Source of the DNA: the human T2T-CHM13v2.0 reference genome, Homo sapiens
Length of the DNA stretch: 64,000 bases
Strand: one strand, 5' to 3'
Assembly (NCBI RefSeq): GCF_009914755.1
Contig: NC_060935.1
Shown here in pieces: positions 1 to 31,520 of this stretch. Under the pieces are notes generated by a model. It did no database searches. It saw only the letters and a list, made by a program, of their open reading frames with translations, and was not told where the DNA came from. Position numbers and translations under genes: made by a program. Positions within the stretch are counted from its first letter, which is position 1; every line of letters begins with the position of its first letter.

Positions 1-155
1 GGCTACTAAGTTTTGGGAAGTCAAAAATTATACATGGGTTTTCTTTTTTCTCTTTTTTTTTTTCTTTTTTTTTTCTGAGACAGAGTCCTGCTCTGTCGCC
101 CAGGATAGGGACTCACACTTTGAATATATGCCTCAATTAAAAAGGCAAAAAATAA

Positions 156-4618
<4,463 letters not shown>

Positions 4619-4900
4619 TAAATGGGCAACTAGAATAGGCTCAGAGATTCCCTGAAATCATTGTTAATTGTCACAATTTAGGGGGTTTCTCCCGCCAGGG
4701 ATGTGGCTAAACATCCTCCAATGCACAGGAGGGGCACCTTTCCCAGTTATCACTAGTGCCAAGTTTGAAATCCTCTTCAAGACTTCATTCATTGCTTTGG
4801 CTTTGTATACCATATGGAGTTGTGCTGTTCAGTGTGGTAGCCAGAGACATATACAGTGCTGCGAGTACCAAATACCTATGGGATTTAAAAAATTAATATA

Positions 4901-5192
4901 AGCCAGGCGCAGTGGCTCACGCCTGTAATCCCAGCACTTTGGGAGGCCAAGGTGGGCAGATCACTTGATGTCAGGAGTTTGAGACCAGCCTGGCCAAGGT
5001 GGTGAAACCCCATCTCTACTAAAAATACAAAACTTAGCCAGGCGTGGTGGCACGTGCCTGTAGTCCCAGCTTCTTGGGAGGCTGAGACAGGAGAATTGCT
5101 TGTACCTGGGAGGCGGAGGTTCTATTGAGCCAAGATTGGGCCACGGCACTCTAGCCTGGGCAACAGAGCAAGAGTGTCTCTCAAAAAAAAAA
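4901..5192 (+). mobile_element. Alu (S-type) with (TA)n tail, inserted in a MER3-like DNA transposon remnant (~4820-5410)
   Basis: Alu consensus; flanks contain MER3/MER33-like motifs (aatttcacctgtttc, gtggctcacattgtatttctg). Confidence 0.8.
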
Positions 5193-5509
5193 AATATATA
5201 TATATATATATTCAGTTTTTAATGCTCATTATATGTTGAAATGGTCATTTTTTTGCACATATTGGGTAAAAATACATTAAAATTTTTTTTTTTCCTAACC
5301 ACCAGACTATCTGGGGAAAATAAAATTAATACAATTTAATTTCACCTGTTTCAGTTCCCTATGTGGTTTGCATTTGTGGCTCACATTGTATTTCTGTTAT
5401 GTAACACTGATCCAGGTGCTAAAGACTCTTGATATCTCCAGTTTGAAACCTCTCTTCTGTGCTCAAGATTCAGGGATCTGGACACCTAGCTGACATTTCT
5501 TCTTGGTTC

Positions 5510-7212
<1,703 letters not shown>

Positions 7213-7945
7213 AAACTTTCTAAATCTCAGTAGCCTTAATTGCTGGGAGAGCCAGTGATGCTACCTCATTGGGTTCTTGTGGATTTGCAGGGGTGACAGA
7301 TACACGGTTTGAATTTGGCCTGGATTCTCAAAGGCCCTGCAAACCTAAGGCACTTCAGATTGAATTCATCTCGTCAGATTTTTCATTCTTCTCCTGCAAG
7401 TTCCTGGAGCTGATTCTATCATTTCTTGCATTTCATTTCTCCTCAGCGGCAGAGCCTAGCTCTGGTCTGAAGAAAGCCGAGATTGATCTTCCAACAAACT
7501 GACAGCTCTTCCCAGGAATATTTATTTCTCCCCTCCTTCCTTTTCCCAAATCTCCTAGGCCAGGTGACTTCCTGAGGACCAGGTTTGTAAGCAAAATCCT
7601 GACAAGCTATGAAACCAATCTGGGGCAAGTTGCTTCCCTTTTCTGGTCCATCTTGCAGGCAGCCAACCTTTTTCTGCCCTTAGGACAAGTTTCTAACAGC
7701 ACCTTGAGTGCCCTGAGGGCCTAGTGTCTTTCTGTGCCATGCTGGAAACCTGAGGAAGGGGGTAGATCTGAGGCTACAGAAACCACATATGCCTCATTCA
7801 TCACCATGTTCCCACATCCTAGCTCATAGTAGGAATTCAAACAGTTGATAAATGAATTCAGGAGCTTTTAGCGTTGAGAGGCCTCATGGGACTCTGAAAT
7901 GGTCTATAGTGAGAAACTTGGTGAACTAAAGGAATTTTGTATTCA

Positions 7946-11145
<3,200 letters not shown>

Positions 11146-11242
11146 TAAATCCTTCCTTCTATATCTAAATTTCTGACATCTATTAGTTTGAACTTTGTAG
11201 CTTAAGAACTGGGAGAGAATAAAAAGACAAACATAAAAAGAT

Positions 11243-11824
11243 ATTTAAGTGTTAGAAACATTTATTTGTCAAAAAATTTTTTTAAAAAAGGGAGGAGTGG
11301 AGTAAAACAAGGGTAAATTTCAGCTAATGCTGTACCACGATCACAGGTCGGACATAAAAAACAAACAAAACAACAAAACCCCCAATGGTCCTAGCAATTT
11401 CAGAAGAGTAACTTAAGTGTTAAGAGTCCAGAGCTAACAGAAGAGTAAAAGGCTGCTTGCCACTACATGGTCATTTTAAAGGGAAAGGAGATGCTGCAGG
11501 TAGGCAGGGAGAAGGATTCAACTCCTAGGGAAAGCAAGATAAGAGGGGTTCCACTGCACAGGAAAAAGGGGATGCCAGCATAATCCTTACCTAGGGCTGC
11601 TCAGAGGCTGAGAATATAAGGAACAGAGTGAAAGGCTACAGAGACTAGTTTCAGGAGGAAAGAAAAGTCAACTTAGAAGAATTAAGAAAGAAAACATAGT
11701 TGGTCACAAACTCCTTTTGTTTACTGAAACATGAAGCAATGGAAACATCCCGGCAAAGGGGACCGCGCGGAGCAAGTTCTCATATATGACCGCAGCCCGA
11801 GGGTTCAGTCCGCAATTATCCTAC
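11243..11824 (-). other. RBM4B: RBM4B terminal 3'UTR exon
   Basis: Acceptor gctctctttcag|GTAGG at 11824; AATAAA on the minus strand at 11261-11266 followed by a U/GU-rich downstream element. Confidence 0.85.
11261..11266 (-). terminator. RBM4B polyadenylation signal AATAAA
   Basis: tttatt on + strand; downstream minus-strand sequence ctttttatgtttgtcttttt is U/GU-rich. Confidence 0.85.
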
Positions 11825-12101
11825 CTGAAAGAGAGCACAACACAAGAGGCTTACACAATGCCTGGAGAGCAGCCTGGCTCCGCGTACAAGCGCCCTGGGT
11901 CCTGTCCTGTATTCCGGGGGGAAAAAAAAGAACAAAACAAAACCAAGTCAGACTGGATCTAACTCATATCCCATGTAATTACCTAGGAGTCTATCAATAG
12001 CTATATATAGGAATCCACTTATGGCTATATATATAGGACAAGATGCAATCTAGCTGAAGAATGTGTTGGTGATAAATACATCTTTCTTATCCATCTTTTA
12101 G

Positions 12102-12211
12102 GCAAGATAACCCCTGTGACAGAAGGCTACTGTTGCTGTAACAAAGGGCATACATACATTTTCAAGAACTGCAATTTAATTTTGGAGTCCAGGAAAAGCA
12201 GAAGATGCTGA
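12102..12211 (+). CDS. RBM4: Coding part of a distal alternative terminal exon of RBM4 (upstream paralog), antisense within the last RBM4B intron; (G)KITPVTEGYCCCNKGHTYIFKNCNLILESRKSRRC*
   Basis: Strong acceptor tctttcttatccatcttttag|GCAAG; phase 1 fits the FQG donor of the RBM4-family RRM exon; peptide matches my recollection of a short RBM4 isoform C-terminus (not verifiable here). Confidence 0.7.
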
Positions 12212-13154
12212 GATGTCATATATGGCGAATTGCACTATTCTAAATGTGTTTTGTTTTAATCTTTCACAGTAAACAAGCTTTCAGAAATGATGGTCACAAG
12301 GGGTAGGATATCAAGGAGCAGCCAGTCATTCACCCAATTCCAACACACCTACATGTCACACTGTCACAGAGTGAGAGCCACAGTTCCAGTAGTTCCCCTA
12401 ATTGACCAAATCTCCCTTGCCAAATCAAAAGAAATCATTCCTAGAATTCTCTAATCCTTCTATTGATGATGGGAACTCCAGACACCAATGGCTGGGGGAA
12501 AAAAAAAGTTAACTCACACCAAGTTCCTCTACTTATTACAGACAAAGGGCCAAATCTTGGTCTTGATCTGTGCCAATCGACTTCAAAAGTTGTGACGTTC
12601 TTGGATCAGTTCTGCTAGGGTGAGACCCGAATTTGGATCCCCAACAGTTCTGGAGTATTTCATCCTGGCAGCCTCATTAACATCAGGCTCCTGGGACTGC
12701 AACCAACTCAGGGTTATTCAGTCCATTTGAGGTTCACACCTGGAAGGTAAGTTTCTTTAAAAGTCATCGCTAAAAAGAGGTTAGTTGAACAACCACTGCT
12801 TGCAGTCAAAATTCATTTTAAAATGTCCTAGCAATACCTTTTGAAGACCACAATATATGAATTTAATATTTAACTTTGAAACATAAGAGACAGGTTATCT
12901 GATAGATTTATACCAGCTTACTTCGGAAGCATGTCCCACCCCATGCTAGATCCAGCTGCATTAAAAGTAAAAATTAATGGCAAACTATAAATTTTAAGAT
13001 CATTTGCTTCACACATAAACACAGACTAGCTGCATGGTGGTCTCAAGAGATCTCAAGTCTTGCTGACATGCATATAGGGTACAACTTATTACAGGTTCAT
13101 AACATTTGCTTCTCAATTCACATAAAAGAGCAAATTGCTGTGGCTTTGCTTTTT

Positions 13155-14560
13155 AATTTTTTTTTTTTTTTTTAAGAGAGAGAGGAGCCACTCTTGCCCA
13201 GGCTGGAGTGCAGTGGCTAACTGCAGTCTCTCACTCCTGGGCTCAAGGGATCCTCCAGCCTCAGCTTCCTGAATAGTTGGGACTACAGGCACAAGCCACT
13301 GTACACAGCTGCTTTGTTATCTTCTACATATATACCAAAGGGATAAGTTAGGAACACCAGAAACTCAGTAGTAACTCACTTTAACCTTGCTTCTGGGGCT
13401 CCAATTCAAGTGATGCTCAATTTCAAGGTACAAGGAAAACCATGAGAATATAAAGTCATAATGCCATTTCCACTCAGATGAAAAGATTTATCTATCTTTA
13501 GATACTCAAAATTATTCTTGGCATTTTAGCACTTTTGGTACACATTTCCTGATGTAGGAAATAGTAAAATTTCAGAGCCTATGGCATTGGCTTTCACCAC
13601 CTATGCAATTTTCTACACATCTGAAAATTACCAGTTTATCTAACTCCTTAAATGTTCCTCTCTTCAACAACAAAAAACACAAACAAAAATTGCTGGAAGA
13701 AACAGGAAGCATCCAGGTCCAAATGACAGCATAACAGACTATGAAGAAACAGGGCTTAAGTGCCCATCTAGAACAAGATGGTCTAGATTACAATAAGGAC
13801 CCCATGGGACAGAACATCAAAACATTCAACTTTCAAGTAAATGTCTTGGAAGTAAACATTTAAAATTTATAGGACTTCCTCTGGCATGTAGGTATGATAT
13901 TAGAAGAGTTTCCTTTGACAAAGGACAATGACCCAAGAAGTAGGTTTTTTTTTTTTTTTTAAATAAAGGAGAGACAGTCTCACTCTGTTGCCCAGGCTGG
14001 AATACAGTGGTGTGATCATAGCTCACTGCAGCCTCTTTTAACTCCTGGGCTCAAGCAATCCTTCCAACCTCAGCATTCTGAGTAGCTGGGATCACAGGTG
14101 CTCCCCATCACACCCTGCTAATTTAATTTTCTTTGTAGAGACAGGGTCTTGCTATGTTGCCTAGGCTGGTCTTGAACTCCTGGGCTCAAGTGATCCTCCC
14201 GCCTCAGCCTCCCAGTGTTAGGATTACAGGAGTGAGCCACTGCCTCTGCCTTCAGGTAGCAATTTTATTAGCAAACTATAAGCCTAAAGTAATAGTTAAA
14301 ATTCTCACTGTGATATTCATTACTAACCCCTGAACCTGTACCCTTCAGCTTACCACTACAGTACTTCTGTAGTAGAGCGAGTATGGGTTTTGGTATCAGA
14401 CAGGTCCAAATTTGAATTCTGGTTCTACCTTTCATTTATCAAATGACTTTGGGCAAAGTACTTAACCTCTCTGAGCTTTAGTTCCCTTCTCTGTAAAAGA
14501 ATAAAATATTTCAGTCTTATCGTGTAGATGATATACAGAGGGCACATAACAAATGTTAGA
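13155..14560. mobile_element. Partial Alu 13155-13310, AluJ-like 13945-14250 (-), MIR ~14370-14560
   Basis: Alu consensus; MIR core gactttgggcaaagtacttaacctctctgagc. Confidence 0.75.
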
Positions 14561-14608
14561 TCTCTCAAATGTTTTTCTGTAACCCAAATATGCTTACAAC
14601 TGATTAAA
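14500..14608 (+). terminator. Candidate plus-strand poly(A) signals for the distal RBM4 exon (AATAAA 14500-14505, ATTAAA 14603-14608)
   Basis: Hexamers seen directly; ATTAAA is followed by a U/GU-rich tract (aatttgttgttctc). Confidence 0.5.
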
Positions 14609-14870
14609 GAATGTTCTCACTAACAAACTGAATTTGTTGTTCTCTCAGAAGGAACAAGTTGGTTGGAGTCATACACTAACACCTTGACAGGCCAAATGGA
14701 ACTTGTGGCCTAAGCTAGAGAAATATTGAAGACTAACATGTAATTTGCACCTTTTGGATACTGTCCGGAGAGCACAGGTGGCTCTAGCCACTTTTATGAA
14801 GCATGGGTCTCTTTCAAGGGAACTAAATGGAATCTTTTAACCATTCCCACCCATCTCTCACCTCCAGTTT

Positions 14871-15538
14871 TTAAAAGGCTGAGTACCGGGCTCGGTCCAC
14901 ATACTGCTCCCGTTCATACCGGGCCATGTCATACAGAGAATTCCGTGTAGCTGCGGAAGCCTGAGATAATTCACTCTCTGGCCCATAACCGTAGCCCTCT
15001 CCAACTGTGGGGAGCATGGCTGCAGCACGACGCAGTGGGCTCCTGTCCCTTCCATAGTAGGAGGAAGTGGTGGCTGCAGCAGCAGCCATAGCAGCTGAAG
15101 TGGCAGCAGCGCCAGAGTTTGGCAATAGGTGTCTGTCATAGGGATCAACAGAAGTAGAGTTGAGGTGGCTGGTCACAGTTGTGCTTTGGACTTGAGGCAG
15201 ATGGGACATGGTCTGCTCTGCGTAGTTGTATGCAGAAGCCGCTGCCGCCGCTGCTACTGCCTCATAAGAGCGGACCCGGTATCGCTTATAGTAGTCGAGT
15301 GCTCCATATGCATCGTTGTAATACATGGATTCCCCGTAGCCCATGGTGTAAGGTGTTCGAACTGCTCCATATTGTTCATTATACTGCTCAGTAAAGTCTG
15401 CCACACGACCCGTACGATCTACTGGGCACTCTTTGGACCAGTGCCCTTCTTTCCCACACCGATAGCAGCCACTCTGGTCTCCCATACCAGGGGCAGTCCG
15501 AAGCCGGCTTGTGGACAACTGCACATGCATTCTTTTGC
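14871..15538 (-). CDS. RBM4B: RBM4B coding exon (exon 14862-15538): CCHC zinc knuckle and Ala-rich region, stop TAA
   Basis: Acceptor ttccctcaag|GCAAAAGAATG; [14 protein letters not shown] knuckle; poly-Ala tracts; donor GAG|GTGAGA 9 nt after the stop. Confidence 0.97.
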
Positions 15539-15678
15539 CTTGAGGGAACAGATGTAAGAAGATTTATTTTAACTCACTTGACATTCTTTTTCCTCTCCTC
15601 CCCAAATGAAAGTAAATTAGTTGTCATAAGACACATAGACGCACACACCTGTGACCCTATTTCAGCAACCTCCTTTAA

Positions 15679-22160
<6,482 letters not shown>

Positions 22161-22915
22161 CTTCTGACAACCTCTTGTGGTATTAATGACAACATATGTA
22201 CCTTTATTATCGGTATAAATAGTATGATATGCTCTACGATGCTTGTACTGAAATTTCTTCAGAAGCGGGACCATCATTCCCATTGAGTCTGATATATTTA
22301 GAAATTTCCTTTTCTGAGGGTGAAATGAACAGGTGGAGCAGAACACTCCATGGCATGTTTTTTTGACTCTGCTTGAAGAGACTGCACAACTTTGATCAAC
22401 AAAAAGATACTCCCGCAGATCCAGACTTGCCACCCAGATTTATAATATAGGGCTTCCTCTAGATGTCTTTTTTCTTCTTTCCCACCAGTATCCACCCAAA
22501 GCAGTAAAGAATATAAATCTTAAGCACTTAAACCCTCAAATATAAGGCTTCCTGATCATCACCAAAGAAGCAGGTAAGCCACGGACCTTTATCCTCCCTT
22601 CTCTCATGAGGTACTCGTTTCCCCAAGCAGATTACACTTCCAACAGCACTCGAATCAATGCAAGAATCCCGCAGGGTAAAGTAACCCACAGTTTGTGATT
22701 CTATGCAGTCGGTGAGCAACATCTTAGCAAACCTGAAAAGGGGAAGTGTTTGCTTCCCCAGGGGTAAATTATGCTTAAGAGCGGTAAACATAATCTATTA
22801 TTTCCAGCTAAAACAGAATGGAAGAGACCACCCAGCAAGTTCTATAGTCTTGTGTTCTTGCCTGTTTTGAGCTAGACCCCACTCGGCGCTACTACCCAGG
22901 CCCAGAGCAGTTCAC

Positions 22916-23327
22916 CTTGAAACTCTGTGTTGTCAAGGCCCCTGATGGCCTCCACTGCATCCTCTGCCCGCTCCATGTGTACGAAGGCATAATCTTTCAC
23001 GATGTCACATTCGATGACCGGACCATACTCCTCAAACTTGGCTCGAAGCTCTTGGTTGGTACAAGTGGGGCTGATGTTACCCACGTGTAACTTGGTTGAA
23101 GCTTTGCTCTTATTCTTGCTGGCTTCCACGTTGATGTTCACCCCATGAAGCTTGTAATGGTGCAGGTTGCGTATGGCATCCTCAGCTGCCGTCTTGTCTT
23201 CTATGTGCACAAAGCCGTAATTCTTAATGATGTCACATTCCAGCACCTTCCCATACTGCTCGAAGAGTGAGCGAATCTCCTGCTCTGTAGCCTCCCGGGG
23301 AAGGTTTCCGATGAACAGCTTCACCAT
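22916..23327 (-). CDS. RBM4B: RBM4B coding exon (exon 22916-23339): two RRM domains
   Basis: Acceptor ttctctcccag|GCTCTTGTCAGGATG, ATG at 23327, donor TTTCAAG|GTGAA; RNP motifs [14 protein letters not shown] and [14 protein letters not shown]. Confidence 0.97.
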
Positions 23328-23779
23328 CCTGACAAGAGCCTGGGAGAGAAACACAAGACTTCAAAAGTCAGGGGTGTGGTGGGAAATTTCGGTGCACTGC
23401 AGCATTTTCGTCTAATCCTCCAAAGTTCTTGCACCTTCAAGACCCTCGTACAGACATTCATTATTCTTCCTCAATAGAAGAAGGGCGGTTTGTTCTCGAG
23501 AAGTGCGAGCTATGCGTGACATGCAAACAGGAGGTCGAGGGTCAGCATGCATAGCCCAGTCTATCATCTCCGTGAAGTGGAGCGCAATGAAATACCAGAA
23601 TTAGCTGCTTCATGTCTTAAAATGAGGGAAGAGAAAAGCCCAAGCAAAGGCAAGGGGCATCAATCGCAGTGCGCCTGGTAACAAGGTTTTGGAGGGAAAT
23701 CTGTGTACCTCTCCTGCGCGCACTAGCGCCTTTCAAGATACTCTAAAAAGAAAAAAGTCCCCTTTCCCCCAAACCGGGG

Positions 23780-24420
23780 ACCAACCACCTCGCCCCCAGC
23801 GGCCCACCCTCCAGCTTCTTCGCCCCAACAAAGACTCGACCCGACCCCTGCCCCGCCTCCTTCCGGAGACCCGGCCCCGCCTCCTCCCGTTGTCTTCCCA
23901 GACCTCCCGCTGCAAAATGAGAAACCCAAATCCGGGCCGTGCAGTCTGCCGGAGGCCCGGCCCGACCCGCCCCCGAGCTCCCCACATCACACACACACGA
24001 CCCCCTCGCACCTCCGGGTGGCGGCAGCGACGGCGGCTCCCACGTCAGAGAGAACCTTACAAAATGGCGACGGCCGCTCGAGCCTGGACGCGACCGGGCC
24101 CTTTCTCGCGCGCCAGCTCACGCACGCGCGAGTGCGCGCTGCTTCCCTCCCCTTCCCCTCGCGGGAGCCGAGTGACCAATCCCGAGGCTGCATACAAATG
24201 ACCACGCAGCACGGGGGCGGGGCCTGTTGGTGGTGGCGCGGCGCCGCGGAGGTCAGCCCACCCCCAGCCCCAGCCAGCCAGTCACCACCCTGGAAAGGGT
24301 CGCCACTGCTGCGTCAGAGGGGCTCTGAACGCAACCACTGCCTAGAAAAGCGGAGGCCTTGGGGAGTCGCTCACCACAATGGGTCCTGCTCTTGGGCCCT
24401 TTGAGGGGGGCGGGGAGCTA
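23780..24420. promoter_or_regulatory. CpG island / RBM4B promoter
   Basis: Dense CpG; TGACGTG (CRE-like, minus) 24041-24047, AAAATGGCG (YY1) 24061-24069, CCAAT 24176-24180, GC box GGGGCGGGGC ~24214-24223. Confidence 0.85.
24012..24120 (-). other. RBM4B: RBM4B non-coding exon 1 (5' end approximate)
   Basis: Inside CpG island; donor CCGGAG|GTGCGA at 24012/24011; YY1-type CGCCATTTT near the presumed TSS. Confidence 0.7.
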
Positions 24421-24956
24421 ATGACAGAGGAATCTCCCCGAGGGCCCTAAAAAGGGGCTTTTGTAGCGGGCTGGCCGGCTTCTGTGGCAGCTTGGGGCAA
24501 CATTTCAAAAATACAGGTGCGCCACATTTTAAGCAAAACTAGTCATTGTTTTGTAGCGCTTTAAACATTATTTTAAAGTTTGTCATTGCAGAGGTGTTAT
24601 TTATTGCTACGGAAACTGAGAACCAAGGGGCAGAAAGATAACCTGGCAGAACTGGGACAGGCCTAAGAGGCATTGCTACCCAGGCTACGCTTAGTCATGT
24701 TTTGTTTGCTCGTGAGTATCCGTGGTCTGATTCTCTCTCACTCATTGTGTGTCCATCACAGTCCTGGTCTGTGGTGAGCACGCCAGAGGAATACTTGGTG
24801 GAGAGGCCCAGCGAGGTCCCTAGTTCTGGGTGGGACAGGGTCTCCTCGTACACACCAAGCTGGAAGTCTAGGCAACTGAGTTTCCCGACTGTCTAGCATT
24901 CAAAATTCAGCTGTGGTCCAAGGGCACCTCCTGGCGGTAAAAACAAGCTTAGGCGT

Positions 24957-30998
<6,042 letters not shown>

Positions 30999-31514
30999 GG
31001 AACCTGCCACTTCTCAGATCCCTGTCTGAGGTCCCTTGATCTACTGGAGAGCAGACGGCAAGTGGGGGCAGTAAGCACCCGCTGTGTGCTCAGCTTTCCA
31101 CCACTGGGCTGAGCAGTGGCTGAGACTGGCTGGGGCTGTAGCAATGCTTCCCAGTCTTCCAATTTGAAAACAGTTTAGAGATCACAAGTGAAGAAAATTG
31201 TGCACCAGGGAAGGAGTCCCTCATTGCTTTTTAACATGAATACTGCTTGTTGACATCATCCCAACCCATGGTGAACTACTTTGGTTTAAAAAGAGGCTTG
31301 GCATTGGTCAACCCAGCACACTGGAGGTCACTGTCAGAGGGAAATGAGACCAGGTCAGGGAAGCTCTCAGTGTGACACGGCTCTTCAAGAGCTTGGAGGC
31401 TGGGGAAACGTGAGATGAAGGAGACCAGAACGGAAGGAGAGGACACAGGCTTGGGCAGAGAGGCTGTGGTCAGGAAAGCAAAGACACCCAGAGGCGGTGA
31501 GAGAAGCTGAGCTG

Positions 31515-31520
31515 TTTAAT
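31515..31520 (-). terminator. SPTBN2 proximal poly(A) signal ATTAAA
   Basis: tttaat on + strand ~600 nt after the stop; GU-rich downstream on minus (gggtgtctttgctttcc). Confidence 0.65.

Noticed and set aside
12001-12036. Two CTATATATAG-type palindromes (MEF2-like)
   Set aside because: Low-complexity TA runs with no promoter context
24055-24060. TTT|GTAAGG as the RBM4B exon 1 donor
   Set aside because: Poor exonic match and overlaps the YY1 motif; the donor at 24012/24011 fits better, though alternative use is not excluded
23689-24404. Pro/Arg-rich ORFs over the RBM4B promoter
   Set aside because: Expected stop-codon scarcity in a CpG island; no coding signature
24700-24800. Plus-strand donors (GTGAGT, GTGAGC) suggesting a divergent lncRNA
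   Set aside because: No exon structure or poly(A) context can be established without expression data
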